A DNA stretch of 64,000 bases from Octopus sinensis. Lineage: Eukaryota. Below, piece after piece: positions 1 to 17,359 of the stretch. The notes beneath the pieces are model-generated. The model had not been told where the DNA came from and ran no database searches. It saw only the letters and a list, made by a program, of their open reading frames with translations. The DNA lies in contig NC_043006.1 of NCBI RefSeq assembly GCF_006345805.1, positions 66,712,001 to 66,776,000 on the forward strand, written 5' to 3'. The translations under genes and the position numbers were made by a program. Each line of letters opens with the position of its first letter. Position 1 is the stretch's first letter.

Positions 1-254
1 GATACGATGAGTCTACGATTTAAAAAAAAAATTTACCATCTTTTTTTCCATTTTAATGCATTTTTTTCGCTATTATATAAGGGAAGTAACTCTCTAAAAA
101 TGTCTACGATGAGTCAACGATTAAAAAAAAATTTACCATCATTTGTTTTTCATTTTTAATGCATTTTTTTGCTATTTTTTGGCTATAACTCTCTAAAAAT
201 GCTTATATAGTTATTTCCCTTACAAACCCGAGCAACGCCGGGCAATACTGCTAG
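1..254 (+). mobile_element. 3' end of a non-autonomous Helitron-like element (cut off by the window edge)
   Basis: Hairpin CCCG-agcaacgc-CGGG (227-242), then CTAG at 251-254 followed by T. The body contains two ~102-bp tandem subrepeats. Confidence 0.7.
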
Positions 255-859
255 TGTCCTATAAATTTCACACAGCCTTGGTTTTGTTTCTCATTTTATT
301 TAACACACACACACAGACATACACACACACACATATATATATGTAAAGATGAATTAAATATAGAGATATTCTATTGACAACCCAATAATGTATTTATATT
401 ACAATATTATATCAAATGTTATGAATATAATATATAACATAACATAATATTATAAAACATAAATAATTATTAAAACCATAAAAGGCCAACAAATTGTTTC
501 GGCTTAGATATATATTTCCTGATATATATAATCACAGTTCTGTTATGTATAATATATAGTCACTACAGGCTCTTGACATTAGAAAAAGACGAAATTCTGC
601 GTGAAAGGACAGCTGGATTGTATTGTAATATGATAAACTGAGGACTTATAAGTGACTAAGTTAAGACAACATAAGATCTGATTTCTTCATAAATTCTATC
701 GTTTTTATTGAGTGTATGGTATTCGTTTGCTGAGCGAATGAGTATTATTGGACGGGTGAAAAATACAAGAGAATATTAGCCATAACGTATCAGAAATATT
801 GTACATATAAGGAATCCTATGTGGAAATATCATTTAGCGACGAGTGATGGATGGTTTTT

Positions 860-877
860 CTAATAATAATAATAATC

Positions 878-941
<64 letters not shown>

Positions 942-965
942 GAAGAAGAAGAAGAAGAAGAAGAA
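860..965. repeat. (TAA)n(GAA)n microsatellite; related compound (CTA)n(TAA)n(GAA)n tracts at 2884-3047 and 4991-5150
   Basis: Read directly from the sequence. These tracts bound the duplicated unit. Confidence 0.95.
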
Positions 966-2883
966 TACCACGTAGATTGTGGTAAATAAGAAAATAGACG
1001 TGATACCAGTAATAAGCGGTGCACTTGGAATTTGCAAGATGAGAAGTGCTTCAACGATCGAGATTTTATAGAGAGTGTATACCTTCATCTCTTCTGACTA
1101 GAGACCATATATAATCTCCTATCATAGTAGCATCCCATTGTCCTTCGTATTTTCTTTCCATAGTTGCGATGTCCTGATGAAATTTCTCACCATGCTCCTC
1201 ACTGACATCACCCAAGTTTTCAGGGGAAAAATAGTGAGAGTGCAAGAAATGAACCTTTAAGGACATACGACAATCCATTTTTTAAAAGTTTTCAATGAGT
1301 TTTGCTACCAGCTGTTTGTAATTAGGATCCTTGTGATTTCCTAGGAATCCACGAACTAATCACGAAATGCACACCAAGCTTCTTTTTCAACTTTTGTCAT
1401 CGCTCTTTCTAGTTTCTTCAACTTTAACATTGCATTTACTTGGGGCCCAACAAATATGCCACCCTTGATCTTAGCCTCAGATAGCTGTGGAAACATAAGA
1501 AAAAATTCTTGGAAGCTTCTCCTCTAAAATCTAAAGCCTTCACAAACTGTTTTATCAACCCGAGTTTGATATGAAGTGGGGGTAATAAGATTTTGTTGGA
1601 ACCTACTAGAGGCTGTTTGAGAACATTTAACATTCCTGGCTGCAGTTCCACTTTGGGGGCCAATGTACTCTCTTGTAATGATCATCATCAGCTCTGCTGT
1701 CCCATAAGCAAAGGAACATGAATACTTTGTGTATCCCCCTTGCAAGCCAAGCAAGAAAACAAGCATCTTGAAATCACCACAAACATTCCACTTGAACTCA
1801 GCGTAATTATTTGCCGAGAAGTTCTTGACATTATCGTAATTTTTTCTTCTGTATATAGAGTGTGCAAGATGCAAAGAAGGATATTTATTTCCATTGTGGA
1901 GCAACACTGCTTTGAAGCTTCGTATTGAGCTATCTATGAACAGTCGCCATTCCGCAGAATCATGCTTGAGTCCAATAGCAATAGACAAACCAATCACATC
2001 TTTACAATAACACAGCTCATTAATATTTTCATAGTAAATTTCAAATTCTTCATGACGTTTCCAGTACACAGATGTCTTGCAGTCTTCTCCAGTAGGATCC
2101 TGACTTAGTAAGACCCAGATCCCTGATTAAATCATCTAGTTCACTCTGATTTGGAAAGTGAGGCTCCGAACTCGTTCTTGGTACGAAAGCTTCCTCCATT
2201 TCTTGGCTGCTGCTACTTGTTGACTCTGCAGATGAAATATTTTCTGGTGGTAGTGGTACTCGTAAACTATCATCATGTGGGACAGGTGCTCTAGATGATG
2301 GTATGTCTGGATACTGAAGAGCTTGTCTTCTTTTCACTTTTCTGTACTTTGTCACATTGATCATATAAAAGTAACAGTCATCGTGATGGTGCTTTGGCTC
2401 TCTCCATACCACTGGAATGGCAAAAGGCATTGACCTTCCTGTACCTCTTAACCATCTTTCTAGAGTAGATCGACAGTTTCCACATATCACATGTGGGGCT
2501 CATGGTTTATCCTAGTCACCCATGGGCATTCTGAAATAGTCTGTACGCTATCCACAATTGGTACCTTTCACGATCTTATGTAATACCTGCTTTTTTCCAA
2601 TATAATAACCACATACATAGCAAAATGTATCTGGAGAATGTTTACATACTCTAGTAGCCATCCTGAAAGTAGCAGAACTTAGTAATGGGTCTGAAAGAGA
2701 AAATTAGACAAACATTTAGTAGCGGAACATTATAACAATACCGATATATAGTAACATTGAAAGTCAACATATTTCTAACTGTTACACAAAAAAAATAATT
2801 TTGTTTTTGGAATCAGCAGAAAAAATGGATTGATAAACATAAAAAAAAACAAAACAATTTTTTTTGAAAATTGTTACGTTGTG
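965..2883 (-). mobile_element. Chapaev3-type DNA transposon, copy 1 (transposase pseudogene, ATG at 2661)
   Basis: Minus-strand translation MATRVCKHSPDTFCYVCG..GD*DKP*APHVICGNCR..VWREPK..DCYF..WRLFIDSS..LLHNGN..GLQGGYTKYSC..LPPLHIKLGLIKQFVKAL..SEEHGEKFHQDI. Terminus ...TTACGTTGTG at 2883 followed by TAA. Stops, a deletion and frameshifts. The opposite TIR is not clearly seen. Confidence 0.75.
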
Positions 2884-3046
2884 TAATAATAATGATATAT
2901 ACTACTACTACTACTACTACTACTACTAACTACTACTACTACTACTACTATACTAATAATAAAATATAAATAATAATAATAATATAATAATAATAATAAT
3001 AATAAGAAGAATAAGAATAAGAAGAAGAAGAAGAAGAAGAAGAAGA

Positions 3047-4990
3047 ATACCACGTAGATTGTGGTAAATAAGAAAATAGACGTGATACCAGTAATAAGCG
3101 GTGCACTTGGAATTTGCAAGATGAGAAGTGCTTCAACGATCGAGATTTTATAGAGTGTATACCTTCATCTCTTCTGACTAGAGACCATATATAATCTCCT
3201 ATCATAGTAGCATCCCATTGTCCTTCGTATTTTCTTTCCATAGTTGCGATGTCCTGATGAAATTTCTCACCATGCTCCTCACTGACATCACCCAAGTTTT
3301 CAGGGGAAAAATCTAGGTGACAGTGCAAGAAATGAACCTTTAAGGACATACGACAATCCATTTTTTAAAAGTTTTCAATGAGTTTTGCTACCAGCTGTTT
3401 GTAATTAGGATCCTTGTGATTTCCTAGGAATCCACGAACTACATCACGAAATGCACACCAAGCTTCTTTTTCAACTTTTGTCATCGCTCTTTCTAGTTTC
3501 TTCAACTTTAACATTGCATTTACTTGGGGCCCAACAAATATGCCACCCTTGATCTTAGCCTCAGATAGCTGTGGAAACATAAGAAAAAATTCTTGGAAAG
3601 CTTCTCCTCTAAAATCTAAAGCCTTCACAAACTGTTTTATCAACCCGAGTTTGATATGAAGTGGGGGTAATAAGATTTTGTTGGAACCTACTAGAGGCTG
3701 TTTGAGAACATTTAACATTCCTGGCTGCAGTTCCACTTCTGGGGGCCAATGTACTCTCTTGTAATGATCATCATCAGCTCTGCTGTCCCATAAGCAAAGG
3801 AAACATGAATACTTTGTGTATCCCCCTTGCAAGCCAAGCAAGAAAACAAGCATCTTGAAATCACCACAAACATTCCACTTGAACTCAGCGTAATTTATTT
3901 GCCGAGAAGTTCTTTGACATTATCGTAATTTTCTTTCTTCTGTATAGAGTGTGCAAGATGCAAAGAAGGATATTTATTTCCATTGTGGAGCAACACTGCT
4001 TTGAAGCTTCGTATTGAGCTATCTATGAACAGTCGCCATTCCGCAGAATCATGCTTGAGTCCAATAGCAATAGACAAACCAATCACATCTTTACAATAAC
4101 ACAGCTCATTAATATTTTCATAGTAAATTTCAAATTCTTCATGACGTTTCCAGTACACAGATGTCTTGCAGGTCTTCTCCAGTAGGATCCTGACTTAGTA
4201 AGACCCAGATCCCTGATTAAATCATCTAGTTCACTCTGATTTGGAAGTGAGGCTCCGAACTCGTTCTTGTACGAAAGCTCTTTCTTGGCTGCTTCCATTA
4301 TTTCTTGGCTGCTGGTACTGTTTGGACTCTGCAGATGAATATTTTTGTGGTGTGTAGTGGTACTCGTAAACTATCATCATGTGGGACAGGTGCTCTAGAT
4401 GATGGTATGTCTGGATACTGAAGAGCTTGTCTTCTTTTCACTTTTCTGTACTTTGTCACATTGATCATATAAAAGTAACAGTCATCGTGATGGTGCTTTG
4501 GCTCTCTCCATACCACTGGAATGGCAAAAGGCATTGACCTTCCTGTACCTCTTAACCATCTTTCTAGAGTAGATCGACAGTTTCCACATATCACATGTGG
4601 GGCTCATGGTTTATCCTAGTCACCCATGGGCATTCTGAAATAGTCTGTACGCTATCCACAATTGGTACCTTTCACGATCTTATGTAATACCTGCTTTTTT
4701 CCAATATAATAACCACATACATAGCAAAATGTATCTGGAGAATGTTTACATACTCTAGTAGCCATCCTGAAAGTAGCAGAACTTAGTAATTGGTCTGAAA
4801 GAGAAAATTAGACAAACATTTAGTAGCGGAACATTATAACAATACCGAATATATAGTAACATTGAAAGTCAACATATTTTCTTAACTGTTACACAAAAAA
4901 AATAATTTTGTTTTTGGAATCAGCAGAAAAAATGGATTGATAAACAATAAAAAAAACAAAACAATTTTTTTTGAAAATTGTTACGTTGTG
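3047..4990 (-). mobile_element. Chapaev3-type DNA transposon, copy 2 (tandem duplicate, ATG at 4765)
   Basis: Near-identical to copy 1 at an offset of about 2.1 kb. Same terminus ending at 4990 plus TAA, and the same stops and internal deletion. Confidence 0.75.
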
Positions 4991-5002
4991 TAATAATAAT
5001 GA

Positions 5003-5061
<59 letters not shown>

Positions 5062-5151
5062 ATAATAATAATAATAATAATAATTAATAATAATAATAAT
5101 AATAACAACAACAACAACAACAACAACAATACTACTAATAATAATAATAAT

Positions 5152-5310
5152 AGAAGATACAAGAGACGAACTGTAAGTACTTAGGGATTTTGGAAATGGA
5201 GAAATTGATGGAGAAAGAAATGACAGAAAAATTTAAGGTGGGGCATTTGCGCAGACTGAGACTGATCCCTAAGTTGAAATTAAACGGACGTCAATGCTGT
5301 TTAAGCTGGG
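5152..5310 (+). mobile_element. Short R4/Dong-clade LINE fragment (region C-terminal of the RT)
   Basis: Translates to CKYLGILEMEKLMEKEMTEKFKVGHLRRLRLIPKLKLNGR, matching YKYLEINE..MKEKVRKECYRRVRAVLKSELN of the full element at 52.2-52.3 kb. Starts directly after (TAA)n. Confidence 0.65.
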
Positions 5311-5890
5311 CAAGGAAAATACATCTGGCATTGTATATGCAATTGCGTTTCTGCTTTACTCTTGGGACGAGGCGGACATTGTTCGTACCTATTCTCTTCA
5401 TAATTGATCGTTTCTTTTACTACGGATCATACCTGGTCCCATCTCTGCCATTTTAGCTGAAACCTTTATTATTGTTGCTGTTGGTGCTTCTCTGCTAGTA
5501 TCTTCGAGGTGTTACTGTTGATGATGCTGTTTAATCTCTTTCTACTGATGTGAATTTCGTGGGGAACATTTCCACCTGGTCTTGCTAAGAAGCGTATTGA
5601 GGCGATACTTCTAAAATATTAGAGGCCCTTATAAATTGGGCGGCGTAAACCTTACTGAACGGCTGAAAGTCCGATTTTATTTATAACTTTGGTCGAGCAA
5701 CTCCTGCAACGACGCTGGTGCCATATTGCTAAATTATAACGACCGTTTTGTTCTTTCGGATGCATTAGTGGCATGGAGAGTAGGGACATGCTGCATGGTC
5801 ATACCTTTCATGCATGGACTTCAATCGTATCGAACACTCTATACCGGAGAAATAGGATCTGACCACTACAACTCAAACAATATCTGGACA

Positions 5891-6057
5891 GGAGTGGCTG
5901 TGTGGTAAGTAGCTTGCTTTCCAACCAGATGGTGCTGAGTTCAGTCCCACTGCGTGGCACCTTGGACAAGTGTCTTCTACTATAGCCTCGAGCCGACCAA
6001 AGCCTTGTGAGTGCATTTGGTAGACGGAGACTGAAAAGAAACCCGTCGTATATATGC

Positions 6058-6132
<75 letters not shown>

Positions 6133-6355
6133 TGTGTGTGTGTTGTGTGTGTGTGTGTGCGTGTGTGTGCGTGTTTGTTCGCCCAACGTCGCTTGACAAC
6201 AGATGCTGGTGTGTTTACGTCTCCGCAAAAGAGACCGATAGAATAAGTACTAGGCTTACAAAGAATAAGTTCTGGGGTCGATTTGCTCGACTAAAGGCGG
6301 CGCTCCAGCATGGCCGCAGTGAAATGACAGAAACAAATAAAAGAGTAAAAGACTA
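5891..6355 (+). mobile_element. tRNA-derived SINE family B with internal (TA)n(GT)n microsatellite
   Basis: A-box-like GGCTGTGTGGTAAG, B-box-like GAGTTCAGTCCC, CORE-like GGCACCTTGGACAAGTG. About 10 copies in the window. Confidence 0.85.
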
Positions 6356-6462
6356 AAGAGAGTAGCCTACTGGTGTGCTCCAGCAGGGCAGACAAATAGG
6401 AACTACGTCCATGGTCGTTAATCACGGGAGAGGCCAATGGAATATGACAGAATATTCTGGAA

Positions 6463-6504
<42 letters not shown>

Positions 6505-6874
6505 ATCCTAGCGTGTGTGCGTGTGCGGGCGCAGAGGGTTTGTTCCATTCCCTCCAAAATTTGTCCTGGCGGGATTCTTTATTGGGGAAAATTTCCGGTT
6601 GATGTCTTTCTCATTTTCTTTTTAGGTTTTTATTCATTATAAACGCCCGCCGCGTTGGCGTTCGTCTTTTGAATGCCCCTGACAACGTGGTCCATTGTAA
6701 CAGATAACAAAATTAATTCGAAAACAATGCCTTGTTTTATTTGTGTATAGTAATTATGTTCAATGTTCCAGTCTGCCATTCAGCTTTTCGATATGGATAA
6801 AATTAATCACCAATCAAGTATTGGAGTCGATTTAATCGATAGCTACCTCTTCAAAATTTGAGGTCTGTGAATTG

Positions 6875-7010
6875 GTAGAACTGGTTGACAGTCGGAAAAT
6901 CGGAGAATGCCTTGCGGTGTTTGTTCTCGCTCATTACGCTTTGAATGCAAATTCCACCGAGAGTCAGCTTTGCATTTCATTTCTCCAGGGTCGATCAAAT
7001 AACAAAATAT
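6875..7010 (+). mobile_element. Degenerate SINE family A
   Basis: Diverged match to the family A segment (...CAAATTCCACCGAG-GTC..CTTTGC.TTTCAT...). Confidence 0.45.
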
Positions 7011-7121
7011 CAGTCATGTATTATGGCCGATTTCATCAATTAACCTTCTCTCCAAATTAAGGCCTTGCATCAACATCAGAAAGATTTAACATAAGTCCTT
7101 GAGTTACACAGGGACACCATG

Positions 7122-7378
7122 TACGCGATCTGATCAATAAGTATCCGGATTGTTGCCATAGTAACGAAGCTAAAGCACGCAGAGTAAAGCTGCTTGGCAC
7201 AAATTGACCTTAAACTCTCCTGTGCATGCGAACTAAGTTGTAACGTTCTAGCTCACTTTTGCTGTTTACAGCAGTTCTTGGAAGGAAGATTTGGGTATGA
7301 GACTTGTGTCTGCCAAGTTTGTACCAAAACCGCTTTCAGCTGACCAAAAAGCACTCGGATTTCAATTGCACAAGATTT
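7122..7378 (+). mobile_element. mariner deletion derivative (left end only)
   Basis: TA followed by TIR-like CGCGATCTGATCAATAAGTATCCGGA. Encodes RLVSAKFVPKPLSADQK, a mariner WVPHEL-region homolog. No right TIR seen. Confidence 0.65.
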
Positions 7379-7764
7379 TAATTGTGTCGAAAACGACGAA
7401 AACGATGAAAACGTTTGTTACCACTTTAACCATCCACAAATCCCAATTTTTAAAATTTGCTTTGCGGGAACGACTATTTCAACGAAGACGAGTCTTGTCC
7501 CTACCGTTCGAAACGCGGAGTAGATAAAACAGGTGACAACTGATGACGGGATTGTTCCTTATGTTGCCTGTCTCATCTCTCTATTTGTTTCTTTCGTTGT
7601 TTGAAAAATGTTCGTTTTCCATTTTTCCATGTTCTCGTTTTTGCTGTTGTTCACATTTTTTGACGTCCTGTACCCATATATGCATGTGTATATACATATA
7701 TATGCAGGTACATACATATGTGTATGCATATATGCATATATATATTATTTATATTATATTATAT

Positions 7765-7816
<52 letters not shown>

Positions 7817-7825
7817 CAATATATA

Positions 7826-9087
7826 TGAGGTGGTAGCAGAATTTTGCCGGACTAGATTTGTAACGCTCCAACAGATGGCAGCAAACTGTTGCATGCACAG
7901 TGAAAGCCAGCAGTGACGTTTATGGCGCAGTGGGTCGAGTGACATCGCTGTGTTTACTTCACAAATTGCGGAATGTGTTATTGTGATCACATGTAGGCTG
8001 TAGTCTGCGATTTTGTTATGTATAGGAAGTTAGAACAAAGGGCCAACCTGAAATCTTGCGTTATACTTGGGAAGTTTTCTACAGAGATATTGAACATGCC
8101 TCGGCAAACGTACGGCAATGTGACAATGGGAGGTACGCGCAAGGTTTCGAGAGGTACGAGCGTTTCAAATACAGAAGGTTCCTGGAACCCGATTAGCGAT
8201 CTGGAAGAGCTATTACGAGTGTCAACCCCGGAAATGTGGAGAAAATTTATCAGCTTGAGGATGAGTACATTTGGAGGACAATCAAGGACGTTGCTGATGT
8301 TGTTGGCCTGTCGAATGGGTCCGTGCAGGCAATCCTAACGTCTGAATTGAACATGCAATGTGCCTCTGCCAAGTTTGTCCCCGATTGCTGACCACTGAGC
8401 AGAAAGAACTTCGTGTCGATGTCAGTCAAGATTTCCGTCAGCGTGTTGCTGATGACCCATCCTTCATGTCGAGGTTCAAGACCGGTGATGAGAGTTGGGT
8501 CTACGGGTACGACGCTGAGACAAAGCAGCCGTCGTCTGAAAAGAAGAAGCTTTTATCTGCACGACTGAAGATGGTATGACAGAGTCGGAGTTTAAGCTGG
8601 AGCATGCACATTGTGTTTCTTTGTCATGCTGTGCATCGAGAATTTGAACCCCAGCACCACAAGGTCAATCAAGAGATCAATAGCGATTTTTTGAAGCGTT
8701 TGAGAACGAGCTTGTGGAGTGCGAAGAATTGGACTTTTTCACGACGACAAGGCACCCTGCCACCAAGCTCTCCGCATTCGTGGGTTCCTTCGCCAAAATC
8801 AACATGTTATCGATTCCAAACCCGCCATATTCACCAGATTTAGTTCCTGCGGATTCCATCTCTTCGCCAAGATGAAAATATAGACCAAAGGTCGCCGGTT
8901 TAACACCATTGTCGAGATCCAGAGAAAATCGCAGAACTTCCTCGATTAGCTGACGGGAAATAACTTCCAGAACGGATTCCAAAAGCGGCAGCAACGTTAG
9001 AACCTGTGTATTGCTCTGCAAGGTGACTATTTCGAAGTTATATTTTGCTAAACATAACTAGCCCGAGAACTTCTTCATACAACCTTG
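7826..9087 (+). mobile_element. Full-length mariner (DD34D) element with frameshifted transposase
   Basis: TA flanks at 7824-25 and 9088-89, imperfect ~30-bp TIRs, 1262 bp. Motifs EQRANLK, SAKFVPRLLT, TGDESWVYGYD, HDDKAPCH and YSPDLVPAD lie in different frames. Confidence 0.9.
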
Positions 9088-9163
9088 TATATATATATAT
9101 ATATATATATGGAAATGTACTTGCATACCAAATGACCTGATCTGAGATCGTGTGCTGGAACGA

Positions 9164-9387
9164 AAACAATTGTAGCGTAGAAGGTGTTTATAAGCCATTT
9201 AAGAAACACACAAAAACCGTTAGATTCACTTCAATATTGAAATTTAATTTGCCAAAATATTTCCGTCGCTTTGAGACCGCGACCTGGTCACTGACAAATC
9301 TCTGTGGTGCACGGAATTCTGAAGTGAACCTAATGGTTTTTGTGTATTTTTAAATGGCTTATAATCACGTTCACGCTGCAATTGTTT
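9164..9387. mobile_element. Fold-back/MITE-like element with ~70-bp terminal inverted repeats
   Basis: AAACAATTGTAGCG..ATAAGCCATTTAAG..CACTTCA versus TGAAGTG..TTTAAATGGCTTAT..CGCTGCAATTGTTT. A second copy lies at 43968-44157. Confidence 0.7.
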
Positions 9388-9441
9388 ATATATAGGTACG
9401 TAAATATATATATATATATATTATATATATATAATATATAT

Positions 9442-9472
<31 letters not shown>

Positions 9473-9498
9473 TGTATATACATATGTGTGTGTGTATG

Positions 9499-9548
<50 letters not shown>

Positions 9549-9743
9549 TAATTGAATGAATTATCTTATTAAGGATAATTCGAAATATAACCGATACCTG
9601 GGTAGCAAATTCACATCAGAAAGAACACGGTTGAAGCTACGTCCCTAGGGCATAGACTACGTGTCTTCGTGCGGAAATTTGTATATTTATTTTTAAATTA
9701 TAAGTATATGAAAGAATGGAGTTGAACGACTGGTTAACAAATA

Positions 9744-9840
9744 TCCTTTATTCTCGACATATGTTTCGAAGGCTGCATATTCCTAATTCCGAAGGAATAA
9801 GGAGTACATTATGCAGATTTCTCATCAGGAAAATCAAGGA
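9744..9840 (-). ncRNA. Type I hammerhead ribozyme, minimal stem III
   Basis: CUGAUGA (9828-9822), stem II GAA..CUGCAUA/UAUGCAG..UUC, GAAAC-AUAU-GUC (9767-9756), 12-nt stem I with 11 pairs. Confidence 0.75.
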
Positions 9841-9915
9841 ACTTATGTCGACATCAAAATGCACAAAAAACTTTTAGCTGACCGCTCTCAAGGAGCCCAT
9901 GATGTCGACATATGT

Positions 9916-10011
9916 TCCTTGATTTTCTGATGAGAAATCTGCATAATGTACTCCTTATTCCTTCGGAATTAGGAATATGCAGCCTTCGAAACATATGTCG
10001 AGAATAAAGGA
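9916..10011 (+). ncRNA. Type I hammerhead ribozyme (inverted twin of 9744-9840)
   Basis: CUGAUGA 9927-9933, GAAAC 9988-9992, AUAU, GUC 9997-9999. A 1-nt deletion next to the core shifts the stem I register. Confidence 0.65.
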
Positions 10012-10052
10012 TATTTGTTAACTAGTCGTTCAACTCCATTCTTTCATATACT

Positions 10053-10104
<52 letters not shown>

Positions 10105-10142
10105 CATACATATATAAATGTTTATACACAGCGGGCTTCTTC

Positions 10143-10630
10143 AATAAGATAAGCCGTGCAATAATACGGTTATCAACCGAATTCATTGTGAAGATCGCCG
10201 CACCACCTCCTTTTGGCCGGGAACGGCAGACAGCTTTCCTCCGTCTCGGGGCTATGGTGAAAGAGTTAGTGCGATGGGACAGGTATAAAGGACTGAAGAC
10301 AGACACTTTTCTCTTCGACCAATCCTTCATCGACATTTTCAAGTTCCACCTGAAGAGAAGAGTGATGGAGGAGAGGAAAGTGCTGTCCCCCACTAGCATT
10401 TTTGCTGAAGGATAGCTGAATGTGGCGAGGATGGCCTGTGTGAAAGGACGTCGGCTGAACAGACACCAATAGGCCGGAGGGTTGAGGAGAGAGTGGAACT
10501 TCCCACTTTGGACGAACTCACTTGTTTAAATTTTTTTAAATTGTTATTGTTTTTTTGTGGTATACGCATGTTTTCGTGCTAATCATCACTTGTTTTCTTT
10601 TGTCCTTTTCTTTGTGTATGCCCCTTATAA
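10143..10630 (+). mobile_element. Tx1/L1-clade LINE 3' fragment
   Basis: FKFHLKRRVMEERKVLSPTS, homologous to FKFHSKRKLRVERKVLSSSEF in the 18.5-19.4 kb fragment. Confidence 0.6.
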
Positions 10631-10650
10631 AGGAAAGATTATTATTATTA

Positions 10651-10689
<39 letters not shown>

Positions 10690-10690
<1 letters not shown>

Positions 10691-11238
10691 GAGTGAGAGA
10701 GCAGTGCATGCCATTAAAGTGACACTGGGGCAAAATATACAAAGCTCAGTATACACATCATGACTACCCATCTGATAAGGGTATACCATGCACATGCACC
10801 ACAACCATATGTGTGAGACATGGTGATCTGATACCAAGATAAACAGCACATAACCTTGCAGGTGCGGCCCAGTTAGAATTTTCTTCAGGTGGAGTAGCCC
10901 CTCCTGCTCAAAAGGTCCCTGAATAAGGGTTGTTTAAGGATGTTGAACGAAACCCCCATGCTTCCAGAGGTGAATTATTCAAACACCAAAGAATCCCTCT
11001 CAACACATGGCTACGATGCTCCCCCACTACTTCTGCTCGTGATCAAAGATGCACGTATTTTCAGCTACTAAGGGACATACTCAACTGGTTAAGGTCAAAG
11101 AACTGACAAGCGAATTGAGCAGAATATTTACTGTAGCCCATCTTTTATACAAAGACAAAACAATGCACATGATAACACTTCCAATCAGTTAAGATCAGAA
11201 GCCGTGAGAGCCACTGCCCGGTACTGCATCAGAGCATT
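10690..11238 (-). mobile_element. Element E: non-coding, (TAA)n-tailed retroelement
   Basis: On the minus strand it ends ...CTCTCACTC(AAT)n and has (TAA)n tracts on both sides. A homologous copy lies at 23725-24175. Confidence 0.65.
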
Positions 11239-11274
11239 TGACCAAAATTCAGGCTTTTTGCCTATGGTCGAAAG

Positions 11275-15600
<4,326 letters not shown>

Positions 15601-16015
15601 CTCTGCTGTGCCGTCGACGTCAGTCTGTTCTGGTGTTGTTGCTACGGAGTTTTTCTGTGACACAATAACACACATCGAACTGGGGGAGGCAGGCCCTGTA
15701 AGTGGATCACTGCGTGCAAGAAACTGCAGCGTAATACCCTCAAATCACACGTCCATAAGGAAGGACACTTTTGATAATGTAGTCCTGGATGCCCTCTGTC
15801 TGAAACATCGATGAGGTGGTCACAGTAGTAACGAATTTGATTACTGGTCAGGTCGATCACGGCTGACCGGCGGCTAATCAGTGAAAGAAGCACCGAGAGT
15901 CAACACAAGCGTGTGTGCGTGTGTGTGTGTGGTTGTGTGTGTGTGTGTGTGTGTGGTAAGTGCGTGTGTGCGTTTATCTATGTGTCAGTGTCTGTGCCCG
16001 TGTACATATACGAAG

Positions 16016-16800
<785 letters not shown>

Positions 16801-16953
16801 CTATGTCTGTCTGTCTGACTCTGTGGTTGTACCTGTGTGTATCTTCGTGTGTGTGTACTTGTATGCCTTTGAATATGTACTTGTGTGTGCGCGCGCGCTG
16901 GAGTCTCTGTGTGTGTGTGTCTCTCTCTGTATGTCTCTCTCTCTCTCTCTTTC

Positions 16954-16989
<36 letters not shown>

Positions 16990-17359
16990 TACTGAATTAA
17001 CCACAGATGACATATCAAATATAAGCAAATATCAAACATTATTCCTTTGTACTAATCAATTTTAGAAGAGAGAACACACAAACCACTAATGGGAATCGAG
17101 AAAGTCGTGGTTCAATTCCCACCACTGGCTCACTTCTTAAATGTTTTACGTTAATTCTTTTCCGCACGAGTAATTCGAACCTTTGTTTGCAAATAACCAG
17201 GACCACGAAACTTATGTTAAGCGTATGTATATATATGTGTGTATGTATGTGTGTTGATTTGTGTGTTTGTGTTCGTCCTCCACCATCGCTTGACAACCAG
17301 TGTTGGTTAGTTTACATTCACGTCACTTAACATTTCGGCAATAAAAAAAAAAAACACAC

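Noticed and set aside
781-792. CATAACGTATCA as the missing Chapaev left TIR (10/12 match to CACAACGTAACA)
   Set aside because: No TWA target duplication and no subterminal similarity; a chance match is likely.
17085-17130. tRNA gene suggested by GGTTCAATTCCC
   Set aside because: No cloverleaf or acceptor stem. All tRNA-like boxes in the window belong to SINE heads or their relics.
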